A DNA stretch of 64,000 nucleotides from Eledone cirrhosa (Eukaryota). This document shows positions 27,154 to 39,145 of the stretch, piece by piece. The stretch's first letter is position 1. The number at the start of each line of letters is the position of its first letter. Location of the stretch: NCBI GenBank assembly GCA_964016885.1, contig OZ024746.1:9672001-9736000 (forward strand). The letters run 5' to 3'. A program made the translations under genes and the position numbers. A model generated the notes under the pieces. It saw only the letters and a list, made by a program, of their open reading frames with translations, was not told the DNA's origin and did no database searches.

Positions 27154-29994
27154 GATGAAATAACACAAACACGGGATGCAAAAAAAAGTGTCTTATTAGG
27201 ATCACCCTGAGGCGATAGTAGAGGCACTTTGGATGGAAGTTCTTCATCAGGAAATGGACAGTTTGGAGAAAGAGAGTGAAAGAACAGATAGGCACATAAG
27301 TGTGATAAAGGAGACGCACTCTGTAGCGAGAGAAAGAAAGAAATTTGGGAGCAAAAATTAGAGAAGAAAAAGTGATGAAGGAGAGTCATGGAATATTAGA
27401 GCAGTGTACAAGCAGTTAAAAAATCTGGCAATCTGAAGGCTGGTTAATCCATATATGTAGCTTCCTGATATTTATTTTCACACCTTCTGCTCAGATTCTC
27501 CTCAGTATATTTCTTCCACATCTTCATTCAACTTAGATCTCCTGGCATTTCCTCAAACAATCATCATCTGTACACATTCTATGTCCATATCAGTACAAAC
27601 TTCTCTCCTGTTCACTATATCTAATTCCTCTTATATCCAGTTTTTTTCTCAACTCCTCTACATTTCATCATCCATGCACATGATCATTACACATCCAGCT
27701 ATAATAATTATGATTAGTAATTTATAATCATTCTAGTATAATATTATAATTATAAATTCTAAATTAGAAAACAACAAAAAAACTTAGGCAGAAATAACAC
27801 CCACTTGAAATCTAGATTACATCCTCATGTTTTCATATTGATTGTGTGATGACAATTTTCACAGTCAAATAAATTCTTTTATAATTAACTTTCCTTCATC
27901 TGAAGATTTAGAGAAATGTTTCACTCTTGAGATCCTCTTTCCTATATAGAACAAAACAGGACAAGATTATCTTTTAAAAACTCCCACACAATTAAACTGG
28001 CAGCTTGAGATTTTCAATTAGAACTATTATCATAGCTAGCTAAAGTTTTCCCATATAGTTTGTTGAGCATTAGAAATCATTATTATTATTGTTTTAATTT
28101 TATGAGTGATGGGTTGGTAGAATTGTCAGAGCATTACACAATGTGCTTTGTGGTGTTTTGGCTCTTTACCTTCAAACCCCACTATGGTCAACTTTGTATT
28201 TCAATCATCCATAGTTGATAATATAAAGAACCTGTCTAGTACTGAGGTTGATTTAATTGACTATCTTCCCCAACTACCACAAAAACAATTACTGGCCTTG
28301 TACCTAAATTAGAATCAATTGTTGTTGTTTCTTGTATCAGCAAGTTGCGCCATGTATCATTCAAGTCATTTCAAAAAAGTTCACCGAATTAGCAGCTCCA
28401 CTGAACGAATTTGTATTGCATGAACTGTGTTTCTAACGAGGTAGGCTCTTCTTACAGAATTTTTTTTACATTTGAGAAAAAAAAATAATTTGCCAAAGAA
28501 GATTATTGTGTTTCTGCTGTCAAGCATTTCAAGCATGGCAAGTAAGACAGTACATGCTCTCAAAATTACAGCAAAATAAAAAGAAATGCAGACTCGTGTA
28601 AAGAAAAAATAACTCAGATATTTGTGCACAGGTAGAAATGTAATATTTATTGGCAAATATACCTCATATTGTGACACTCACAACCTGTATCAATCAACAG
28701 GGAAAATAAGAAAAATTCCTCTTTTATATCCCTTGCCAGTAACAAGAAAGTTTAGAATATGACACAACTAAGCAGAAAATATGATGTAGTACAAATATAT
28801 GACTAAATCAAATGCTTCCTTGACTGAGACTCTTAACCAGGAGTAGAAAAAGAGTTACCTAACTTTGCTTCACAAATAAAGGAGTAAGTTTTCAAATGCT
28901 GTCAAAGGAGCCTTTGACTGATACCCTGGTTTATGTATGGATAGATGTAGTTTCTCCTCAATCACAGCATAGTATAGAAGAGCACCTGCCTGATTGAGGC
29001 CAAGGTGACAGGGTATTACATTCTCATAGGCTTACAATAAAATATATTGACTAGCACAATACATGAATAACAAACTGGGATATTGGTAGTGACATTGACC
29101 CCCTGGCTTATTGCCATCATTGTACAGCAATGTGAGTGGGATGGGTAGTAAATACAGAGGTAACAAGAAATAATGTGGTCAAGATGTGTTGGCATGGATT
29201 TGCAAGTTGGGACTGCAGCGAGTTTTCAGTCAATTATATCAACATCATTTTTTATTTTAGTCCATTATTTTATCCATCTCTATGGAATGGATAGGTTACC
29301 TTTTGTCATAAATGAAACCACAGTACTTATAAATCCAAAAGAAAACAGAAATATTGTATGCCTTATATAGATATTCCATAATGTAGAAATACATTCCAGT
29401 AGCCTTTATGCAGTGGCTCTCCAGAAAATACGCCTTCAATCCCCACCCCAATTAGTATTTATTTGTTAGCCTTCATTAATATAATGCTTACTGGGTAATA
29501 ATTTGAATATATACCACAGAAGATGTAGGGTTAGGGAAAGATCTTGCTGGGTTTCTGTGGAGACAGCAATTTAGGAGTTCTCCATTGAAATTTTTTATAA
29601 AACATATAACAGCCATTTTATGATTTAGAATAAATTAGTTTGGATTATATTATTGTCTTATCTATATTGATTTCTCATGGAGTTGGGGCCTAATCTGGAG
29701 AAGCACCCTTTATGCTATTTCTTTAGTTCAAACAGATAGACCTTTGCAGTTAGGTTCAACAATAATATTAACTATTAGCCTCAACTTTAGAAATGAAAGA
29801 TATTTTGATATTTACATCTACACCTCTGTTTTGGTCTACTTGATCTCTGTTTATCATCAAATGTCTAAGTTTTGGCAGATCAAACCAACCAAATGTTGTG
29901 TAGATGTATTAAAAAGTCTTTCATCACTAAAGAAGATGTAATGATGTTAGAACTGAAATTGTGTGAAGAAAGTTAATAAACTGGCTAGATTACC

Positions 29995-30207
29995 TCTTCC
30001 ATTACCATATTTCTAAAGAAAGTTATTATTTATAATATTCAAATAATTTTGAAAATAATCAAGCTGGTGTTTGGAACATAACTTAAAAAGGTTCTTGTGC
30101 AAAATTATAATGGAAGGGTTTTAGATAAATAGAAACACTTTAAAATAAACAGCTTTGTATCCTAGAATCAGGAGCAGTTTCAGGTGGTTTATTATCAAAA
30201 GGATTGT
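29995..30207 (-). mobile_element. Decayed piggyBac-like MITE of the 37778/63630 family
   Basis: gctggtgtttggaacataac and attataatggaagggttttagataaat shared with the 37778-38477 elements. Confidence 0.55.
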
Positions 30208-30966
30208 CTGAGTTGATTGGTTATAAATTGTAACAGATCTGGCTTACAAAAGTCCTCAAGGTAATCATAAACTAGGTCAGAGTTTGATCCCATGATTGAC
30301 ACCAGACTAAACAACAGTCCATATTTTAACCAGCAAGCCACTGCATCTCTCTTTGTACTGCATCCAAGTCATAGTACATGTATATACTCGATTAAATGTC
30401 TGCTTCTGAAATAATGCTTTGAACTGATGCCAAACCGTTTCTTGCATAATATGTGATAAAACACATCAAGTTGCTATGCATTGCGATTATATTATTATTA
30501 TTTGAAACTTTTGCTGCCATTCTAAATAGATTTCAATAATATGACCATCATGGACTGGCTTTAAAATATGGAGAGTGGGGTAGGTGGGTACTGAATCATA
30601 GATATTTTGAAGTTAAAGCTGAGTGCCAAGTCCACCAAGTAACTTAAGATAACTTTGATATTTTTAAAAGAAAGCAAAATTTAGCTCCTACTTCTGATTG
30701 GTCAAAAGATTAAGGAATAAAAGACAAAAGGGGAAAATCCATTTAAAATTCACTGCTGTTGACAAACCAAGTTAAAATGTTTTAAACATTTTTAGTTAGT
30801 TCATGTCAAAAGGTAAATCATTAGATGACAATTGTATTATCTCCAAGATGAAACGAAATGTATTCAGTTCTGGATATAGTGATGTGGGGGTAGAGAGAAT
30901 GTACATCTGTGTTATTTTAAGATTGGAATTACTACTGTTGCTTTGTTACTGTTACTACTACTACTA

Positions 30967-31002
30967 ACACTAATAATAATCCTACCAACTACAACTGTTA
31001 CG

Positions 31003-31083
<81 letters not shown>

Positions 31084-31119
31084 CGTAACAGTTGTAGTTG
31101 ATAGGATTATTATTAGTGT
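30967..31119. repeat. Foldback of (TAC)n microsatellite plus 37-bp unique flank
   Basis: acactaataataatcctaccaactacaactgttacga(cta)n|(tag)ntcgtaacagttgtagttgataggattattattagtgt. Confidence 0.9.
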
Positions 31120-31149
31120 GACTACTACTACTACTAGTAGTAGTAGTAA

Positions 31150-31205
<56 letters not shown>

Positions 31206-31542
31206 ATGATGATGAAAAAAGATGAATAGATTAAAAAATGTTTGAAACATTTTTTGTAAATGTAGAAACACTAAAGTAAATAGTTTACAGTAGTTCATTT
31301 GAATGTTTCCTAGTTGCATGTTCAATTCACACAGAAGCAAGCATAAGTGAGAGACAATGTTGTAGGAATGTCTCAATCCATCATGACCATTACCGTCATC
31401 ACTATTGGCCAAGTACATTAAATGTCAGCAGGTAATTCTCTTTGATGTTTAATGGAAAAGAAAATATAGTTTAAGTGATATTTAACATTTGTACAGTAAT
31501 ACTGACAAATAATTATCTCAGATATAGGTTGGTATATATAAA

Positions 31543-31594
<52 letters not shown>

Positions 31595-31706
31595 GACAGA
31601 CAGAGAGAGAGTTGAGGTAAATAGAAGGTAACTGAAGGGGAAATTTATACAGTAATGCTGGCAAATAATTATCTCAGGTACAGGTTGAGATATATATATA
31701 TATATA

Positions 31707-31764
<58 letters not shown>

Positions 31765-32338
31765 GAGAGAGAGATGGAGGTAAATAGAAAGAAATTGTAG
31801 GGAAAATTTAATAAGGAATGATAAGGGGCAGATGATGGATTTGATAGGAAAGAAAGATAGATAGGTAGACAGATGGATAGATATAGAGGAAGAAAGGAGT
31901 AGATAGATGGTTGTTAGTTAGTCAGACAGACAGATAAATAGGTAGTTAGATAAATAAATAGACAGACAAATAGGTAGATAGAAAGGTAGGTAGGTGTGTG
32001 AGTAGACAAACAGATGAATAGATCTATAGGAAGGTAGATATATAGTTAAATAAGTAGATAGAAAGAAAAGGAGATCATCGGAGATTAATGTATGAGAACA
32101 AACGAAAGGTACCTGTGCAAGAAATACAAATGAAGACATAAAGCATGAGGTTTGAACATGAAAGAGAGTTTAGCTGCTATCAAGACCAAGAAAGTGTGGA
32201 AATGATATTAAAAGAATAGTGCACAAAGATAAAGAAAAATAGAGACAGTCAGTATGAGACTAATTTTAAAACTAATACAGTATTGAATATATATATATAT
32301 ATATAGTAATAATAATAAATTTGATGACTAAAATCCAT

Positions 32339-32374
<36 letters not shown>

Positions 32375-32378
<4 letters not shown>

Positions 32379-35300
32379 TGGAATAAATGCTCTGAAATAG
32401 CGATATATATGTGAATATAGACATAGAATATTCGAAAATATTCTGTATGTTTATAATAAACATTTTGAAGACCTAATCGCTATAGAATAGAATACGTCAC
32501 GTATTACAATTAGATTCTCGATAAAAGCAAGGGAAGTAATCTACGCGTTTCATTCTTGTTAGAATTCATCAGGACCACATATCCAGTGCTTTTATCGAGA
32601 ATGACACAGCTAGAGACTTATAGAATACTTAGCTGTGTACAGGAACTGGTTTGAAAGAGCGGTTGCCGGTCCGGCAGAAATTAGAAATTGGAATAAATGC
32701 TCTGAAATAGCGATATATATGTGAATATAGACATAGAATATTCGAAAATATTCTGTATGTTTATAATAAACATTTTGAAGACCTAATCGCTATAGAATAG
32801 AATACGTCACGTATTACAATTAGATTCTCGATAAAAGCAAGGGAAGTAATCTACGCGTTTCATTCTTGTTAGAATTCATCAGGACCACATATCCAGTGCT
32901 TTTATCGAGAATGACACAGCTAGAGACTTATAGAATACTTAGCTGTGTACAGGAACTGGTTTGAAAGAGCGGTTGCCGGTCCGGCAGAAATTAGAAATTG
33001 GAATAAATGCTCTGAAATAGCGATATATATGTGAATATAGACATAGAATATTCGAAAATATTCTGTATGTTTATAATAAACATTTTGAAGACCTAATCGC
33101 TATAGAATAGAATACGTCACGTATTACAATTAGATTCTCGATAAAAGCAAGGGAAGTAATCTACGCGTTTCATTCTTGTTAGAATTCATCAGGACCACAT
33201 ATCCAGTGCTTTTATCGAGAATGACACAGCTAGAGACTTATAGAATACTTAGCTGTGTACAGGAACTGGTTTGAAAGAGCGGTTGCCGGTCCGGCAGAAA
33301 TTAGAAATTGGAATAAATGCTCTGAAATAGCGATATATATGTGAATATAGACATAGAATATTCGAAAATATTCTGTATGTTTATAATAAACATTTTGAAG
33401 ACCTAATCGCTATAGAATAGAATACGTCACGTATTACAATTAGATTCTCGATAAAAGCAAGGGAAGTAATCTACGCGTTTCATTCTTGTTAGAATTCATC
33501 AGGACCACATATCCAGTGCTTTTATCGAGAATGACACAGCTAGAGACTTATAGAATACTTAGCTGTGTACAGGAACTGGTTTGAAAGAGCGGTTGCCGGT
33601 CCGGCAGAAATTAGAAATTGGAATAAATGCTCTGAAATAGCGATATATATGTGAATATAGACATAGAATATTCGAAAATATTCTGTATGTTTATAATAAA
33701 CATTTTGAAGACCTAATCGCTATAGAATAGAATACGTCACGTATTACAATTAGATTCTCGATAAAAGCAAGGGAAGTAATCTACGCGTTTCATTCTTGTT
33801 AGAATTCATCAGGACCACATATCCAGTGCTTTTATCGAGAATGACACAGCTAGAGACTTATAGAATACTTAGCTGTGTACAGGAACTGGTTTGAAAGAGC
33901 GGTTGCCGGTCCGGCAGAAATTAGAAATTGGAATAAATGCTCTGAAATAGCGATATATATGTGAATATAGACATAGAATATTCGAAAATATTCTGTATGT
34001 TTATAATAAACATTTTGAAGACCTAATCGCTATAGAATAGAATACGTCACGTATTACAATTAGATTCTCGATAAAAGCAAGGGAAGTAATCTACGCGTTT
34101 CATTCTTGTTAGAATTCATCAGGACCACATATCCAGTGCTTTTATCGAGAATGACACAGCTAGAGACTTATAGAATACTTAGCTGTGTACAGGAACTGGT
34201 TTGAAAGAGCGGTTGCCGGTCCGGCAGAAATTAGAAATTGGAATAAATGCTCTGAAATAGCGATATATATGTGAATATAGACATAGAATATTCGAAAATA
34301 TTCTGTATGTTTATAATAAACATTTTGAAGACCTAATCGCTATAGAATAGAATACGTCACGTATTACAATTAGATTCTCGATAAAAGCAAGGGAAGTAAT
34401 CTACGCGTTTCATTCTTGTTAGAATTCATCAGGACCACATATCCAGTGCTTTTATCGAGAATGACACAGCTAGAGACTTATAGAATACTTAGCTGTGTAC
34501 AGGAACTGGTTTGAAAGAGCGGTTGCCGGTCCGGCAGAAATTAGAAATTGGAATAAATGCTCTGAAATAGCGATATATATGTGAATATAGACATAGAATA
34601 TTCGAAAATATTCTGTATGTTTATAATAAACATTTTGAAGACCTAATCGCTATAGAATAGAATACGTCACGTATTACAATTAGATTCTCGATAAAAGCAA
34701 GGGAAGTAATCTACGCGTTTCATTCTTGTTAGAATTCATCAGGACCACATATCCAGTGCTTTTATCGAGAATGACACAGCTAGAGACTTATAGAATACTT
34801 AGCTGTGTACAGGAACTGGTTTGAAAGAGCGGTTGCCGGTCCGGCAGAAATTAGAAATTGGAATAAATGCTCTGAAATAGCGATATATATGTGAATATAG
34901 ACATAGAATATTCGAAAATATTCTGTATGTTTATAATAAACATTTTGAAGACCTAATCGCTATAGAATAGAATACGTCACGTATTACAATTAGATTCTCG
35001 ATAAAAGCAAGGGAAGTAATCTACGCGTTTCATTCTTGTTAGAATTCATCAGGACCACATATCCAGTGCTTTTATCGAGAATGACACAGCTAGAGACTTA
35101 TAGAATACTTAGCTGTGTACAGGAACTGGTTTGAAAGAGCGGTTGCCGGTCCGGCAGAAATTAGAAATTGGAATAAATGCTCTGAAATAGCGATATATAT
35201 GTGAATATAGACATAGAATATTCGAAAATATTCTGTATGTTTATAATAAACATTTTGAAGACCTAATCGCTATAGAATAGAATACGTCACGTATTACAAT

Positions 35301-35620
35301 TAGATTCTCGATAAAAGCAAGGGAAGTAATCTACGCGTTTCATTCTTGTTAGAATTCATCAGGACCACATATCCAGTGCTTTTATCGAGAATGACACAGC
35401 TAGAGACTTATAGAATACTTAGCTGTGTACAGGAACTGGTTTGAAAGAGCGGTTGCCGGTCCGGCAGAAATTAGAAATTGGAATAAATGCTCTGAAATAG
35501 CGATATATATGTGAATATAGACATAGAATATTCGAAAATATTCTGTATGTTTATAATAAACATTTTGAAGACCTAATCGCTATAGAATAGAATACGTCAC
35601 GTATTACAATTAGATTCTCG
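32375..35620 (-). mobile_element. Tandem array of 310-bp hammerhead-containing units (about 10.5 copies), non-LTR retrozyme-like
   Basis: gaataaatgc recurs at 32381, 32691, 33001 ... 35481 (period 310); copies appear identical; no ORF of 60 aa or more; hammerhead on the minus strand in 10 units. Confidence 0.92.
32514..32602 (-). ncRNA. Type I hammerhead ribozyme (first of 10 minus-strand copies, every 310 bp to 35304-35392)
   Basis: Minus strand gtggtc-CTGATGA-attct(aaca)agaat-GAAA-cgcg-TA-gattac; cleavage at 32542/32541; 16-bp distal stem I attctcgataaaagca/tgcttttatcgagaat. Confidence 0.9.
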
Positions 35621-35742
35621 TCACATATATATCGCTATTTCAGAGCATTTATTCCAATTTCTAATTTCTGCCGGACCGGCAACCGCTCTTTCAAACCAGT
35701 TCCTGTACACAGCTAAGTATTCTATAAGTCTCTAGCTGTGTC

Positions 35743-35831
35743 ATTCTCGATAAAAGCACTGGATATGTGGTCCTGATGAATTCTAACAAGAATGAAACGC
35801 GTAGATTACTTCCCTTGCTTTTATCGAGAAT
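35743..35831 (+). ncRNA. Type I hammerhead ribozyme
   Basis: ctgatga 35773-35779, gaaa 35794-35797, GTA 35801-35803, stem I gtggtc/gattac plus 16-bp extension. Confidence 0.9.
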
Positions 35832-36052
35832 CTAATTGTAATACGTGACGTATTCTATTCTATAGCGATTAGGTCTTCAAAATGTTTATTATAAACATAC
35901 AGAATATTTTCGAATATTCTATGTCTATATTCACATATATATCGCTATTTCAGAGCATTTATTCCAATTTCTAATTTCTGCCGGACCGGCAACCGCTCTT
36001 TCAAACCAGTTCCTGTACACAGCTAAGTATTCTATAAGTCTCTAGCTGTGTC

Positions 36053-36141
36053 ATTCTCGATAAAAGCACTGGATATGTGGTCCTGATGAATTCTAACAAG
36101 AATGAAACGCGTAGATTACTTCCCTTGCTTTTATCGAGAAT
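36053..36141 (+). ncRNA. Type I hammerhead ribozyme
   Basis: Identical to 35743-35831, offset by 310 bp. Confidence 0.9.
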
Positions 36142-36241
36142 CTAATTGTAATACGTGACGTATTCTATTCTATAGCGATTAGGTCTTCAAAATGTTTATT
36201 ATAAACATACAGAATATTTTCGAATATTCTATGTCTATATT

Positions 36242-36280
<39 letters not shown>

Positions 36281-37188
36281 ATGTGTAGATGATGGATAAG
36301 CGAAAAAAGTTCTCAATACTCGGAGTAGAGTTTAAATATTCATTTATTATGGCTAAGTAGTGAGCTGAGACTGAAGAGACTACAAATCATATTTTTTTTC
36401 CACCAATCAACTCCAGTACATTGCTGTTATTGATACCATAGGAAGGGCAAAAATGTGACAGTCAGTACAGGATTCCAGCCAATGTTTTGATATATTAATT
36501 CTACTCTCCCTATTCCCATTTCAACTTCTGTCAAGATCAACTTTCATTTTCATTTTCATTTTTTCTGAGTCAATAAATATTGTACCAGTCAAGTACTGGG
36601 GTCAATTCAGATCTCCTATATCTCTCTTTCTCTCTTTTTCTCGTTCTCTCAAATCGCAATTGCCAATAAAATGGTGCCTCATAGTAAATGCTCAAAAAGG
36701 AGGCATTAAAAAACACCATTGTGTTTACCCGGGAAAGTTCTCTGGCAAGCACAAAGAACTTAGTTGTTCATCAACGTGATGAGACAAGGAAGGAAGCAAA
36801 GTGTGAAATTTACTCATTGAATTAGATATAGTTAAAGCTTCATGTTTGCATATTCCATCTTCTGTAATATCACCAAGAAACATTTGTTACTAGACTACAT
36901 AATACATAGTTAAATACTTTATTTAAAGATATTAAATCTTTCATGATTTTTAAACCTTTCAGCTTCACAACAATGGAATTTTCAACACCTAAACTTTTGT
37001 GTTGAATAACTGTGTTGTGAAAGATATGTAGACAGACAAATATCATAATAAGCCTCAAGTCTGAGTCATTTTAATCAGGTTTTAAAGATATGATGCCAGG
37101 CTTATATTTTGTATAATGTTTCTAGTTAGTTTTATCTTTTTGCCAGCACAGTTTGCAGAACTAAAGCTTATTCCAGATTCTGTAATAC

Positions 37189-37231
<43 letters not shown>

Positions 37232-37332
37232 AGACACATGAAATTATCCCCATGAAAATAATATGAAAGACAAGTTAAGATAATTTATCTGATAACAACT
37301 TTTATCAGATTGTTATTCAGAATAATGGAAAT

Positions 37333-37372
37333 GTTTTAAATGCTTCAGACATAGGTCCTTCATCAGAAAAAT
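37333..37372 (-). ncRNA. Decayed hammerhead relic
   Basis: Minus strand tttt-ctgatga-a-ggac(ctat)gtct-gaag-catt-ta-aaa; GAAA is mutated. Confidence 0.4.
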
Positions 37373-37777
37373 AGAGAAAGCAAAAAGAAGAAATGAAAAA
37401 ATGGTTAGAGATTGTAAAGTACATGAATATAATATCAGCACTGAAGGGAAATTCACAAGTCATACCAAGCAAATGAGAGATCCATCAGCCTCTGAATATT
37501 CATATCAAAAGTAGCAGAAGCACCACTAGGAATAATTTCTATATTTAAAGGTGATGAATTGGCAGTTGTTAAAGAATTGCGGAGAATTTTTTGTTATATA
37601 GATTCTATCTCTCAGCACTCTGATTTCAAACCTTAACGAGGTTGATTCTCTTTCATCAATTCAGGGCATAAATCAATAGAATACCAGTCAAGTACTGGAG
37701 TCAATTCTGGATTACATCAGTAATTTAAAGGTTCAACCTTGTCATATAGTATCAACTGATTCAGCTTCAGAATTGCA

Positions 37778-38477
37778 TTAACCCTTGTGATACAAAACTG
37801 TCTGAAACCACCCATGATTCTATAATATTAAACCGTTTATTTATCTTTAAAATCTACCATTATAATTTTATGTAAAACAACTTTAGTCAGTTATATTTCA
37901 AACACCAGCTTAACCCTTTTATTAACATATTTATAAGGAAAGACACTGCATATAATTTCCAGAGAATTTGGAGTTATTTAGTTAACCTTTAGTATTTAAA
38001 CCGGCCATATCTAGTCAGAATTCTCTCATCTCAATCTGTTCAAACCATCTGTAACTGGCCATTGATACTGATGTTAAGGTATTGTTCTCAAAATAAATAA
38101 TATCAAAATTTCATAGATTCAATATTATGTGAGATAATTATGTGAGGTAAAGCCATTGCCATGAAAATATAACAGTAAATATAGAGTAATATAAATGCTA
38201 AAGGGTTAAATAACTACTTTTTTCATTTTAAACTCATGTTTGATACATAAGTTAACAAAGATTTAACATACAATTATGATGGAAAGATTTTAGATAAATC
38301 TAAACACTTTAAAACAGATTTTTTGAAGAAGTGAGACATTAACAGGGGGTTTGGTTTTAAAAGATTTAATAATTAGAAAGTTATATTACTAAAACCTCTT
38401 AATTCTTGATTATTTTCAAAATGATTTGAAAATCATAGGCATTGTCTTTCTTTAAAAATATGGTAGCCAAAAGTTAA
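37778..38477. mobile_element. Three nested TTAA-flanked piggyBac-like MITEs
   Basis: TTAA-CC(C)TT starts at 37778, 37910, 37982; AAG(G)-TTAA-type ends at 38209, 38369, 38477. Confidence 0.7.
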
Positions 38478-39047
38478 GAGTACATATCTGTGTGCGATAC
38501 TCATCTACTTACCTGGTAATTTCATGAGTAGGAATTCAGGTGAGGAGTGAACTGCTGAGCAAACACTTATCTTTGAGATCAACAGATAATCCACCATTAA
38601 GCCTGATGTCATGTCAGATTTGTGTTTCACACTTGATAAACTTATCCATTTGAATATGTCTGGTACTTCTGTTATGACTCCCAGTGAAATTTAAATCTTT
38701 ATTCATTTAGATGAAATGGGATTTAAAGCACAGAACTATTTACTTTGAAATATTATAACTAGAACCTATCAATCTATCAGCCTTTACATCTGTACCAACT
38801 GGAAATCATCCCATTTTATGGTATACTGAACATTTTATCAAAACAGCTTTCACATGGGATTTATGAGGTATGTGTTTAACACATTCAGTATAGTAGATAT
38901 GGAGGTAGTTTTCTGTGGCATTGCAGTAAATCATATAAACAGCAACAGTTTCAGCTGTCATAGTAATACTAAAAACACTTACTTTCCATCATGGTGCTCG
39001 AAATGTTTCATGCTAACACATTAAATTGATAAGATTGGCTGTAGACT

Positions 39048-39145
39048 GATGACAATGATGATTATGATGATGATGATGATGTTGATGATGATGATGATGA
39101 TGATGACAATGATGATTATGATGATGATGATGATGTTGACGATGA
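39048..39145. repeat. (GAT)n microsatellite
   Basis: Directly visible. Confidence 0.9.

Larger units (their letters stand above)
35621..36252 (+). mobile_element. Inverted block of the same 310-bp unit (2 copies + 12 nt)
   Basis: tcacatatat at 35621, 35931, 36241; reverse complement of the left array; merges into (AT)n. Confidence 0.92.

Noticed and set aside
27240-27255. Minus strand ctgatga
   Set aside because: No stem II/GAAA; chance match
32375-36252. CRISPR array or plain centromeric satellite
   Set aside because: No unique spacers or cas genes; short, TA-embedded, inverted and ribozyme-bearing
38507-38518. U1 snRNA-like acttacctgg (also at about 56202)
   Set aside because: No U1 body follows; at most a minus-strand splice donor
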